This document shows, piece by piece, positions 43,474 through 54,745 of a DNA stretch of 64,000 nt (the stretch's first letter is position 1; the number at the start of each line of letters is the position of its first letter). The notes beneath the pieces are model-generated. The model was given only the letters and a program-made list of their open reading frames with translations. It was not told the DNA's origin and made no database searches. The translations under genes were made by a program, and so were the position numbers. Origin of the DNA: Chrysomallon squamiferum (lineage: Eukaryota; Animalia; Mollusca); assembly GCA_012295275.1 (NCBI GenBank), contig CM022673.1, forward strand, positions 19,778,001 through 19,842,000, given 5' to 3'.

Positions 43474-44046
43474 GCTGAAGGCAAAATTTCTGCTTTGGTT
43501 TACTGAGATTTGTCTTTTCGTTTTTGAATTGTGTTAGTCATGTCTAGTTTTTGTATTTTTATTTATTAAATTCTTTCAGCCCATTCAAAATTTGTTTGGT
43601 TTGCAGTCAAGCTGATAAAGCAAGTTTTATTATTAAAAGTTTACCTTTTTCAAAAAAATGTATTTAAACAAGTGTCAGAACTAGATGCAATATGATTATG
43701 CTTTGTGTGTGTGTGTGTGTGTGTGTTTTTGCCCATTAAATGTGTTAAACATGGAGCCTTCATAATAATTTAAGATTTACGGTTATTTTTGATATTTATA
43801 TGAATTCCTAAGAATGGAAAAACAAGGATGAGGAGGAGGCGGAGACTGTTACTGATGAAGGTTCAGGCGGTGGCGACGCAAACGCGGGTAAGTTGTTTAA
43901 AGTGAAATACATTAATTTATGGAATGTGTTATAAAAAAGAATATATAACACGAATTCAACCTTTTCTTTTTTTGTATTTTAGATTTGGTAATATTTTGTA
44001 TAAAAAGAAGTATAATATCACTTTACCTCGATACATTTATTATTAC

Positions 44047-44100
<54 letters not shown>

Positions 44101-46372
44101 ATTATTTAGAACTATTTTTAAAATTTATTTGTTTTTAATGTTACAATGTAAAGTTTAAAAAGTCAACAAAAAATCAAGTAAATGTATCTAATGACTGCAC
44201 TAAGAGCAACACATTGAACATTTAACCAAAACATCATTTAAAATGTGTTTTCTGTAGTGGCACAAGACATACTGATTATTATTTAACTCAGAGGACTAAC
44301 TCTCTAAATGACAGTTTCAATGAGAATTTATATAAAAGTGATTTCTTTGCTGTAGAAAATAAATGTTGAAATATTATTGTACTTGATCTAAATGTATAAT
44401 AATAAGACCTCTATTCGTTTCTCTCAGCACGTAAAGATGTACGGTTAGAAATGTAGTGGAACATAAATTACATTCTATCTTCTCTTTCAATATCAAACCG
44501 TCTAAAAGTTTTTATAAGACATTTGACATTACCAGTTCTACATTTACGTAATGTTCCAGTATTTTTTGTTCGCTGTTTTACTTACAATATTCTAATTTAA
44601 CTTCATGCTTAAACGTTCTGTACTTAAGTTCTGTAACTGACTCTTTTATCATATTCCATTTGTGTAAGAACTGATCACAAAAATGTTTGGAGGATATTTG
44701 TTATCCACAAGACATTCACACTGACATATGAATATATGATACATTAAATACATTCATCAATACACTTTTCATAAATAATAACCAAGGGCTTGATATAGCA
44801 TTTGTAATTTGATTATAGGATGACAACATATATAATACAATTTAGATTCATTACAATTAACAACCTTTACAGTAATTCTTACTGTAATATATATAGGCAA
44901 TGAATATGATCTTAATTAATCAAAGAGCTTGGTGTTGACTTGTTAACATATATATGTATATTTGCAAAACTTGAGATGAAGCCTTTCCATTACATCTAAA
45001 TGACTAAAACCTCAGATTATTATAATCTATATTATAATATTGGTGTTACAATTTTGTCGAACAAATCTAAGTGACTGTTGATAGATAAATTAAATTCTCT
45101 ACACTGTTTTTTAAAAACGCAGATCTTGATTTTCAAACTCGATTAATTAAATCTTTCTTAGTATTTATGAGGAATTCAGACTTAAGTAAAAGAAGCCCAG
45201 TATATTTAACGTCAGTGACAATTTCTATTTTCTTATATATAAAAGCATTTGTTCTAAAATTGTATCTTGGAAAAATAGGTTTCTAAAATGAAATTTTACT
45301 AATCATATAAAAAAAAAAATAGAAAATAAAGATTAAAAATTAAAGGTGATAAATTTTCTCCTCGCTTCAGTCGAAAATTGCAAGGAAAATATTTTGATTT
45401 TCAGCCATTATGTACATTTCATTATTATTGTCAAACATCTCCCATTAATGTCGTAATTTAATTTAAAAAATGCAATGATTAACGTATTTTCTTAGTAATT
45501 CTCTTTAGTAATTATAATAATTTATGTAATAAAACAATATTATCAGTTTGTAAGGTTTTCCCCCCAGTAATTCAGCTTGATCTGATAATACCGTCAGTCA
45601 TTTGTTAATTACAGATGTATATATTTACACCAACCAATACAAGCATTATATTAGGTCGATAATATATATATAGGAATTACATTTCCTTGAAATCATTGTA
45701 AGAATTATTCCAGTACCCAATACAATATTAACAGAAACTGGTAACAAAATATCTCATCTTGAATTAACATATTCTTTAATAATCATATCACGCATTGTTA
45801 CTATTCATATTTAACATACATCGTTCGTTAGTCAGTATTACTGTCAGAATTTAGTTCCTTAAAATAGTCATAAACTGATGTTCTTTCCACCTCGCCTTGC
45901 CTGTTTATAGTATGGATATGATTCTTTACTGCTATCGTTTAACGTGCTAATCAGTGCTTGCTGTTGTGTAGTATGCACGCGACAGCCTCGCTCACTTGCA
46001 AAGCCAGGGGGCGTGCCTGTCACAGAAAAGAACTGAAGGAAGGAAAACAAGATGTTCTCGTTACGTGGGGATGCAACAAGGGAGTGTAGAGTCGATCGAA
46101 GCGTAAGGAGCTGGTCGTGATGTTTTTTCCTCGCATTTTGATTTTCCAGGATGTCTTCATCATCCTGGTGAAACAGAATGAAGAAACAAAATAAATAAAA
46201 AATAAACAAAAACAGACAACAAAACAAAACAAGCAAGCAAACAAACAAAACTATGAAACAAATAAATACAAAGAGACAACGACGACAATAACAACAACGA
46301 ATAATGAAACTGAAAATAATTTATGGCAATCATAAAAAAATAAATAAATAAATAATAATAAAAATAATGATG

Positions 46373-46410
<38 letters not shown>

Positions 46411-46922
46411 TATATAGAAAAATAAAAATAAAATATTTAAAACACATTTACCTAAATATACGTATATATTTTTAATTGATTTACTATTGCTACTATTATT
46501 ACTATTAATAATTCTTACAACTATTATTAATTATTACTGTTGGTACTTCCTTTATTATTATTATTACTATTACAAAACCTTTTTAATTATTTTGAACGTC
46601 AGCTGCAAATGAAGAAGGTTCTGGTGGATATGGGCAAAATCGTACGTATTAACTTCAAATAAGCTAATAAGCTAATTGCTATTAATACAATACACTTCAT
46701 TTCATTGTGTTCGTTTTGGTTATAAAATAATTATTAAAAGAGACGTTAAAGAAATATTCCTAAAGCAAAAAACAGATATAATAATTATAATTAATGTAAT
46801 TTATAAATACATTTTTCACACTATCTCCCCGTCTGTCTTAGTCTTGGCCTCTGTCTCAGTCTCTGTCGTTCTTTCTCTCAATCTTTCAGACTGTCTTTCT
46901 AGGCATTATGTCTTGCTCCTTG

Positions 46923-46975
<53 letters not shown>

Positions 46976-48420
46976 TTTGGTATGATGATGACAACGAATA
47001 TGTGAAAGAATACTAGTAAATATATGACGAACATAAATTTGACGAAAACTTATAAGAAAATGAAATTAAAATGGAAATACAACTAAGAACAATATCCATA
47101 CATGTACCTTAAAATAAAACTCATTACAAAAATAAATATTAATAAGCAGGTCGTATTAAATAAATAAATCGATTACAAATAAAACATAATATGAATGATG
47201 ATATTAAATTATTCATTATCATCCTATCCAGTCATACATATATGTATTTAAAAACAATTAAATTAAAAAAGAAATATATAAAACTGTTACATATGAAATA
47301 GGTGAGACTAGAAATGTATTATTAACTAGTGATGTCAGTTACTCTATAATCTGATTAAATAAATTATAGAAATAAATACCTCGCAGATCTTCATTTATCT
47401 ATTAATAAATTAAACTTTTACATATAAGACGTAATTTATTTAATAATTAATTGTAAAATAACTAACATCTGCAATAGCTACAATCTGCAAATATGATTGT
47501 GTGTCAAGAACTAGGGTCAGTCTAAAAAAAATAACTAACCTCATTATACTTCCGACTTCAAACATTTAGTATAGCGCTGTTTGTCTCAACAATAGAAAAC
47601 AAAGAACAAAAAACAAAATTCACACGTTTTTATATTACTAGTATAACCATACTCTGCAATGACAAGATAAAATATTTATAAAAGTGGAGTATTCATTACC
47701 TGAGAAAAGAAAAATATTGAATAAATGAATAAATAAACAAATATATCAATAAGAAAAAGAAATGAAAAACTGACTTAAAAATAAATACATTGAAATCGAA
47801 AAAGAAAATAATAATCATTTATAAAATCATTCAAAGCAGAAAACACTACACACAGATAAAAAAAAAAAAAACATTTTGAAGCTTACATTTATTTTATTTT
47901 ATTGATTTATTTATGTGACAGCGAATGACGATGAAGGTTCGGGTTCTATGTCAGTAACAGAAACAGTTGAAGGTGAGCAGATTTCAGACAAACAACAACA
48001 ACAACTTAAATAGAAAATCAAAGAAATTAAGCTTACATTATCTTAAATCAAAATTTGACTGACATTTTAGTGTCCTGTAATACTCATCCTGATATAATTA
48101 CATCTAAGTAGTTTTCAAGAATAATAGCTTAGTTATAATTAGTAATAATATGATTGTATTCTAAAATATTCTTCATAGCTTTATACTTGAGTTTTGTTTC
48201 CTGAAATCATTTTAGATGTAGAATTCAAAACCTAAATTGTGGTATTTTGTTAGTTACGTAACCAGTTTATTTTTAATGTAGAAGACGAAGAAACATATGA
48301 CATATCAAGTAAAATATCAAAACAAGAAAAGAAAAAAGAAAAAGAGAAAAAGAAAACAGATGAAAATTATTACGACAATGAAGAAGAGAATATTGAAGAC
48401 GGTAATTTATTATATTTAAT

Positions 48421-48507
<87 letters not shown>

Positions 48508-49269
48508 GGTGATGTAATAGATTATTTTATGCTGTAAAGCCAAACCTCGATTACTTGTTGTTTTAAAAAGAAAATATATTTCAGATTAATAACTTTTTTA
48601 TCATCAGTGAATGATTTTTTTTTTTAGTTGTTTTCATACATTTTAATGAATATCTTTGGTGTTTGATATTTTAAAGACGATGTTGGCTCTCTGGGATTGC
48701 CAATTGGTCTGGGTATAGGTTGTGCTGTTGCTCTCAGCGTCATAAGCGTTGTTGCTGCACTGCTGTGGATGAAAAGGTCTACTTTCAGAACATTTTGCTT
48801 AGTTTTAAAGAACATTTTCTGAAAAAGCTATCTCAGTCAATCTAAGAATTTCAAGTTAACGCTTATATTAAATGTCTATAGCATGATAATTATGTTAAGC
48901 AGAAAGATAAATCTTTATAAATCTGTATATAATTATGTAGTACTAACAGCATCTAGGGCATTCAGTGAAGCCATTAACAACATTATTTGATTATTCTTTT
49001 TCAGAAAGAAACAAAAGTCACGAGAGTCAAGTGAAGATAACGATGAGAAAAGAGATTGGCCTCCTCACACAGACAAATCTAACAAGAAAGATCGTTCTTC
49101 TCGCTCAAAACACGGGCCGTCTGGAAACCATAAATCTAAACATCGGTCACGAGATCACAAGTTCAGGAAACACGACAGGAATGGTCGAAAACAAGTAAAG
49201 AAACACGGCATGTCACGTAAAGAGTCACAAAGAAAAAAAAGTTCAGAAAAAACTCCACTACTTGACTAA
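35313..49269 (+). CDS. Uncharacterised type-I membrane protein: signal peptide, 2x WSC domains, acidic Ser-Gly stalk, TM helix, basic tail (~475 aa)
   Basis: Phase-compatible GT-AG exons: 36232-36291, 36841-36991, 37226-37377, 37704-37875, 38201-38349, 43030-43077, 43361-43396, 43813-43887, 46603-46641, 47922-47972, 48282-48401, 48677-48776, 49005-49269. The start exon is uncertain (35313-35322 or 35955-35985, both phase 1). The WSC pattern (Y/F)VGCY...C..HC...(Y/F)AAL...CGC...C...C...CG...SVY/SIW occurs twice. The TM segment is LPIGLGIGCAVALSVISVVAALLW followed by KRKK. Confidence 0.78.
36312..36400. repeat. (CT)n(GT)n microsatellite
   Basis: Directly visible. Confidence 0.95.
37164..37204. 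repeat. (GT)n microsatellite
   Basis: Directly visible, just upstream of the 37226 acceptor. Confidence 0.95.
40370..41350 (-). mobile_element. Non-LTR retrotransposon (LINE) remnant: 5' APE-endonuclease region, possibly with the ORF1 end
   Basis: Minus-strand fragments WLIQGLKKL...CFVETKL and FVISTVYIPPEGSPYF resemble the WNxxGL/ET and YIPP motifs of LINE endonucleases. No RT domain is visible. Confidence 0.6.
41819..41860. repeat. (CA)n microsatellite after a pyrimidine-rich tract
   Basis: Directly visible. Confidence 0.95.
43418..43471. repeat. (ATT)n microsatellite (similar tracts near 35085-35120, 44049-44097, 46373-46410)
   Basis: Directly visible. Confidence 0.95.
48424..48503. repeat. 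(CT)n microsatellite (other CT/GA tracts at ~46925-46972, 49975-50052, 51112-51172, 58865-58938)
   Basis: Directly visible. Confidence 0.95.
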
Positions 49270-49971
49270 GAAACTAAATGTCAACGATTAACATAAAGTT
49301 TTAGGAAAACAGACAGATAACAATCACTTGCATAGCAACTTTGACAGAATACATTAAGAAAATTGGCCGCGTTTGGATCTTGTGAAAGGAATTCTGCAGC
49401 GGATCATAAATAAAAGTATAATAGAACAATTGGATTTTTTATTACTGTAGCGTCCAGTATAATATAATGTACTTGATAAATAATTCTTGTATTTAAATTA
49501 ATAGTGCAGGACAAAGCGCCCGGATGAGATGTTTTCTTCCATGTGAAATCTTTCCTTCCCACCCAAACGAAAAGATGATAAACAAAGGAGATAATTTCTT
49601 AGATCCATTTTACTGTTTTCATCAGGATTTTAGTATAATTCATATAGTATCATCGATATATAACAAAATAGTCATGCCGTTTCACGTGAAACGAACGACA
49701 TTGATATATATCTTATAATTTTGTTCATAACCTCTTAATTAATTATTTTAATTTTTGTTATTTACCATCCACAACAAATTTCACTTCTGCCTCATTCGTC
49801 CTTCAAGGTCGTTTTTGGTCATAAAGATTTACTGGCACGATGTTAATCCCTGTCATAAAACCTACTGTTATAACGAACTACTACTGTAATTTTTGCACAG
49901 TTAATTAATTCACTGTTACCAATAACCATTTCTCCACAGTTAATAAACACATTAGAGATTTCCTACATTTT

Positions 49972-50058
<87 letters not shown>

Positions 50059-50289
50059 AAAAAACATACCTTTTGCCAAATTAATTTCCATAAACGTATT
50101 TTTAAATAAATAAAACAAAGGTATTAATGTTGTTTCAGGAATTAACAGTGTCAATAAAGATTTAAAAAGTAAAATAAATGATGATGTTTATGATGATGAT
50201 GATGATTATGATAAAGTTTCCATAGCACTATACTTGTTTTTTCATATACTCATATCATTTGTATAGTTTGCAAAACCATCAAACTCAGA

Positions 50290-50512
50290 TATCACCATCT
50301 GTGTAACTCTCAGATTTAACAAACACAGGTATCACATTCTATGTAACTCGCAGGTTTAACAAACACAGGGATCATGTTTCTTTTAACTCGCAGGTTTAAC
50401 AAACACAGGTGTCGCGTTTCTTTTAATTCGCAGGTTTAACAAACACAGCAATCACGTTCTGTGTAACTCGCAGATTTAACAAACACAGATTTCACGTTCA
50501 ACGAACACAGGT
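50290..50512. repeat. Minisatellite, 40-bp unit, ~5.5 copies
   Basis: The unit is approximately GTAACTCGCAGGTTTAACAAACACAGGTATCACGTTCTGT, with TTTAACAAACACAG recurring every 40 bp. Confidence 0.92.
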
Positions 50513-51109
50513 AGAACGTGCGTACATATTAGTAAGTGTGTTTCAAGTGAAAAATTCAAACAATAGTTACTGTGATAATATAGAAGTTTCAAAGTTCTTT
50601 ATTATTAAATAAATAATAACAATAATTATAATACGCTTTCCCTGTTTTTTATCTGAATAATTTCATCTGTCGTTACCACTAATCACAGAATCGCTGTTAA
50701 ATCCCTGTGTCATTCGCGTGACAAATTGTTAAAAATAAGATTAAGATTTTCTGCATCACGATTTGTCATCCCTAGATTATTTACAGAATAGGAAGTTGTT
50801 TTGCTGTTGTTGTTGTTTGTATTTTTTTGTATTTTTTTTTTTTAAATTACTTAATTTGTTCTTATTACAAAATGTGTCTAATACTTGTATTAAGTATTGC
50901 TAATATCATTGTCAGTGACACAGTGATACTTAACAATACTATTAGATACCATTAATGAATTACTGCTATTTTGCATTGACAGAAAGTGATCTTTCTTATA
51001 GACAGAATATCACATGCCACAGCCTTCGGTAGACCAATCGTTGGTATTGGATAAAATGATGGTCTATAACTAATTAAATTGTTGAATGTATATAATATAA
51101 CTTTTATTT

Positions 51110-51176
<67 letters not shown>

Positions 51177-52817
51177 AAAAAAATTCTTATTCTAAATAAC
51201 GATACATATAATTTGAATAAAAGGGTACAAATAATATCTTGCTATGCAGCTAATGTCAAATCATGATGTAACAGACCCATGAAAACAGTCTGTAGAAAAA
51301 TATCAAATAAATAAGTTTAATTAATTTAAAAAACAAAAACAAAAAACACAACAGTACCACAGAAATCAATTTCTAAGGAGTTAATTGATAAATTATTTTA
51401 TGTTGATACTAGGAGAGACCTTGACAATATAAATTAGAAATGTAGATGAAATAGAGTCAGCGTTCAAAATATCGTTGTTGTTATTGTAATGATGATGATT
51501 TGTGTTTGATCATAATTAAATAATAACATTAATTTAATAGTTTTTAATATTTATCTATTTATTTATCTTAAAAAAAAGAAGAAGAAGACGTTAAAATAAT
51601 AATAATCATAATAATTAAATAAAAAAGAAAGAAAAAATTACAAGGAAAGGATTAGGAAATATAATTGTTTAGTCCATTATTACATTATTTCACTCTGTGT
51701 ACTACTGCCGTTTGAAATAATGACATCCACACTTTTATTTCAGTTTTTCACTTAAATCATGCCTTACATACATACTTAGATTAGTGCTGTTCCATTTTAA
51801 AAAAAAATGATAAAAACAACTTGTTAGGGTTTTTTTCTCCAGTGCTCGATCTGTTTATTAACCGGAGGCCCACAAACCAATGATGCATTACCGCAATTTC
51901 TTTTGTTAATAATATAAAGTTGTTGAATCTTCACCATGTTTTAAATGAGGTCAGCTGAATTAATAATGTGTGTCTATAGTCAACAGGTGAGTGCAACCTG
52001 TTACTGTTTAAACAGAAGAACACAATGGCAAACCATCAAACGGCTGAAAGTGTCACACCAATGGCACGCTTTCGATAATACATCTCAATTAGCCGCAGAC
52101 AGCAGGAAAGTGATGATGCCTCCCACAACTACTATTTAGTCATTTAGCTACATCTCTCATTATCTGTGTCGCTTGAACACTGCAATGTATGTGTGTAATT
52201 TGACACTCATTGTTTGTTATGTAACCGTTATAACACATCCTCATTTTTTCGTAAAGAATGTTATTATCTGGAATATTTGGGATGAGGAGTGTTTTCATGG
52301 ATTCATTTCCAAAGCCAGAAAAGGCTATTCAGAAAATGAAATTCAGACTTTCGAACATATATAGAAAGATATTCAAGAAAATAATGTAAACAAATCTGCG
52401 TATATAAATAATAAGGACATAATTCCTTACAATTGATGACTAGAATGATTCAGTAGATATTGGTGATATAATAAATTAGTATTCAGAACTCTATAACTAA
52501 AGCTGATATATATAAAATCTGAATGTTAATTAATAAATAGTGTTTTGGTCCCCTTTTTTTTTTTTTTTTTTCGGCCACGAAAAATTAATTTACGATGTTC
52601 CAGCACTCGTTTCATGCTTATATGCTTACGGTGAAGTCTGTGTTCTTACACTTGAGACATAAGTGGGGTCACTCTAACTGAAAATAATTATGATACTATT
52701 GGTAAGTTATCTGTTCTCAATACCGCATGATATATTTATCTCGACAGGCTGTGACACCATATTATAGTTATGATTAACTTGTAATGGTAGAGTTATTTAT
52801 TAAATATTAACGAATAT

Positions 52818-52824
<7 letters not shown>

Positions 52825-52876
<52 letters not shown>
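52825..52876. repeat. (TA)n microsatellite
   Basis: Directly visible. Confidence 0.95.
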
Positions 52877-52878
<2 letters not shown>

Positions 52879-53659
52879 CGGTTGATACTGAGTCAGTAGT
52901 TTTACGCCCAGACAGTTCTTGTAGAAACAATGAAACCGAAAAACAGATTATTTAAAAATTGTCATAAACAAAACGTTTGAACCACTGAAGACGATATAAT
53001 CGAATTTTCAATACCCACTTTTGCAAAGTTCACTTCTTGGCAACACTGATACACTAGTTAATAAAAAACGCTATTAAGTTATTCAAAAAATATTTAATTA
53101 AAATACAGAAAATCAGAGAAAACATAGCCATTATTCTTGAATATTTAAGATTCAGCGACAGCTTTAGAAAATGCAAAAAAACTGAAAATTGTTGTATATT
53201 TTGTTTTCAAAATTAAAAACAAATCATATGATTTTGTGTATTTTTCTCTTCTTATATTTTCTTATTCAAAAACAAAAAGAAAAAAACATTTAAAAAGGCA
53301 AGAGTACAAATAGCAAAATTCCTCAGCTGACTTCTTTTCAGTATCGAAACATCCTTCTGAATATTTCACAAAATGTACGCCCTAAATATTTATGCAATAT
53401 AATTATTATTCTGAATCGTTTCAAACTGTAATGTGCTAATTTAGCTATTTTTTCTGTTGTATGTTATTTATATATTATTTTTAACATCTTTCTGTTACAA
53501 CATAATTATCTTTCAAGTTACACTTGACAACAGATAAGCCATTCCAAAGCGGTGTTGTCAAGTGGAAACCGTTATAATAATTACGCGTTAAACGCACATC
53601 TATCTGCAAGCACTATTAACATCCACCAAATGTCACGCAGTTTTGTCCACTTAAAGGAC

Positions 53660-53835
53660 GACATGTCCCGCCCACAACACGTGGGTACTAGATTCAACAG
53701 GGTTTTGTTTTGTTTGTTTTGTTTGTGGGTTTTTTACATGTAATTTCGAAACGACCAATGGATGATTGTTGATACGTTAACATTAATATCAATCGATTTA
53801 AATTTTCGCTATATTGTAAACCAGATGTATAAAAA
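53660..53835 (+). promoter_or_regulatory. Putative proximal promoter of bHLH gene A (GC box, CACGTG E-box, CCAAT, TATA)
   Basis: CCCGCCC ~53667, CACGTG ~53678, CCAAT 53755-53759 and TATAAAA 53828-53834, 132 bp before the ATG. Confidence 0.5.
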
Positions 53836-53959
53836 TGGTTGCATTCCTCTGTTTAAAGGCTGTTATGTTTTATAGGAGAGACGTCTGGCAGTAGAGAGCA
53901 GGTTTGAGTTCTACTCTTTATTTTGTTAGTGTTAACTTGACGTCTCAGAAACATTAGTT

Positions 53960-54745
53960 ATGTCTTTCAGTTTTGAACATGATGATCTCTCCGGTGGTAA
54001 TTTTTCTGCTGATTTGATGCCCTATGTTCCTGTGGATCCGTCAACAACAACATTTTATAAACCGTTTGACACTAGTTTTACGACGACAAAGTACAACAGG
54101 GCAGCACTTTCTCCTTGCTGCAATGGTTCCGAATCGTATTTTTGTGCCACTGATTCAGTGATATCGTACGATGGCGATATAGGACGCTCGTTAGTCTCCG
54201 GAAAAACAGTTACGTCATCTTGTACTAGTGATTATTTCCCTTCACGGACTGAATCCTTTGGTTCCTGCAATTCCGACACTCGCCTCTCAGATTCGAACTT
54301 TGACAAAATATTTGCAAGTCCATCACCTTTAGAAGAATCATTTTCCGACTTCATTCTCTACGATGATGTATTTGATCTGCCTGAAGTAATAAACTCTGAC
54401 CAAATGACGACTCAAAGTCAAACCTATATGTCGGGAAACCAAAATTGTGGTGCTTTAGCAACTAAAATTCTTCAATCAGATGGGCAGGAAGTAATTAATA
54501 AAACATTCAGAAACACTCATAATATAATTTCTTGTTCTACGAAGCCCAGAAGGAAACGAACGCAGACATCTCGACAAAGATCGGCAGCGAATGTACGAGA
54601 ACGAAACAGGATGGTGTATTTAAATCAAGCTTTCAACGTACTCAGAAACAAATTACCCGGTCTAAACAACAAGAAACTTTCTCGAATAGAGACCTTGAGA
54701 TCTGCTATTTCCTACATCAAATGTATGAAAAGCATCAGTTCTTGA
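53960..54745 (+). CDS. Fer3/FERD3L (Nato3)-like bHLH transcription factor, paralog A, intronless, 261 aa
   Basis: The C-terminal bHLH [55 protein letters not shown] resembles FERD3L ([52 protein letters not shown]). The N-terminus is Ser/Asp-rich. Confidence 0.85.
   Translation: [261 protein letters not shown]

Noticed and set aside
48965-49198. 77-aa ORF from the track
   Set aside because: Wrong frame; the phase-2 splice from the TM exon selects the frame ending EKTPLLD* at 49269.
50290-50512. CRISPR-like repeat/spacer appearance
   Set aside because: The 'spacers' are similar to each other, there are no cas genes and the context is eukaryotic; it is a minisatellite.
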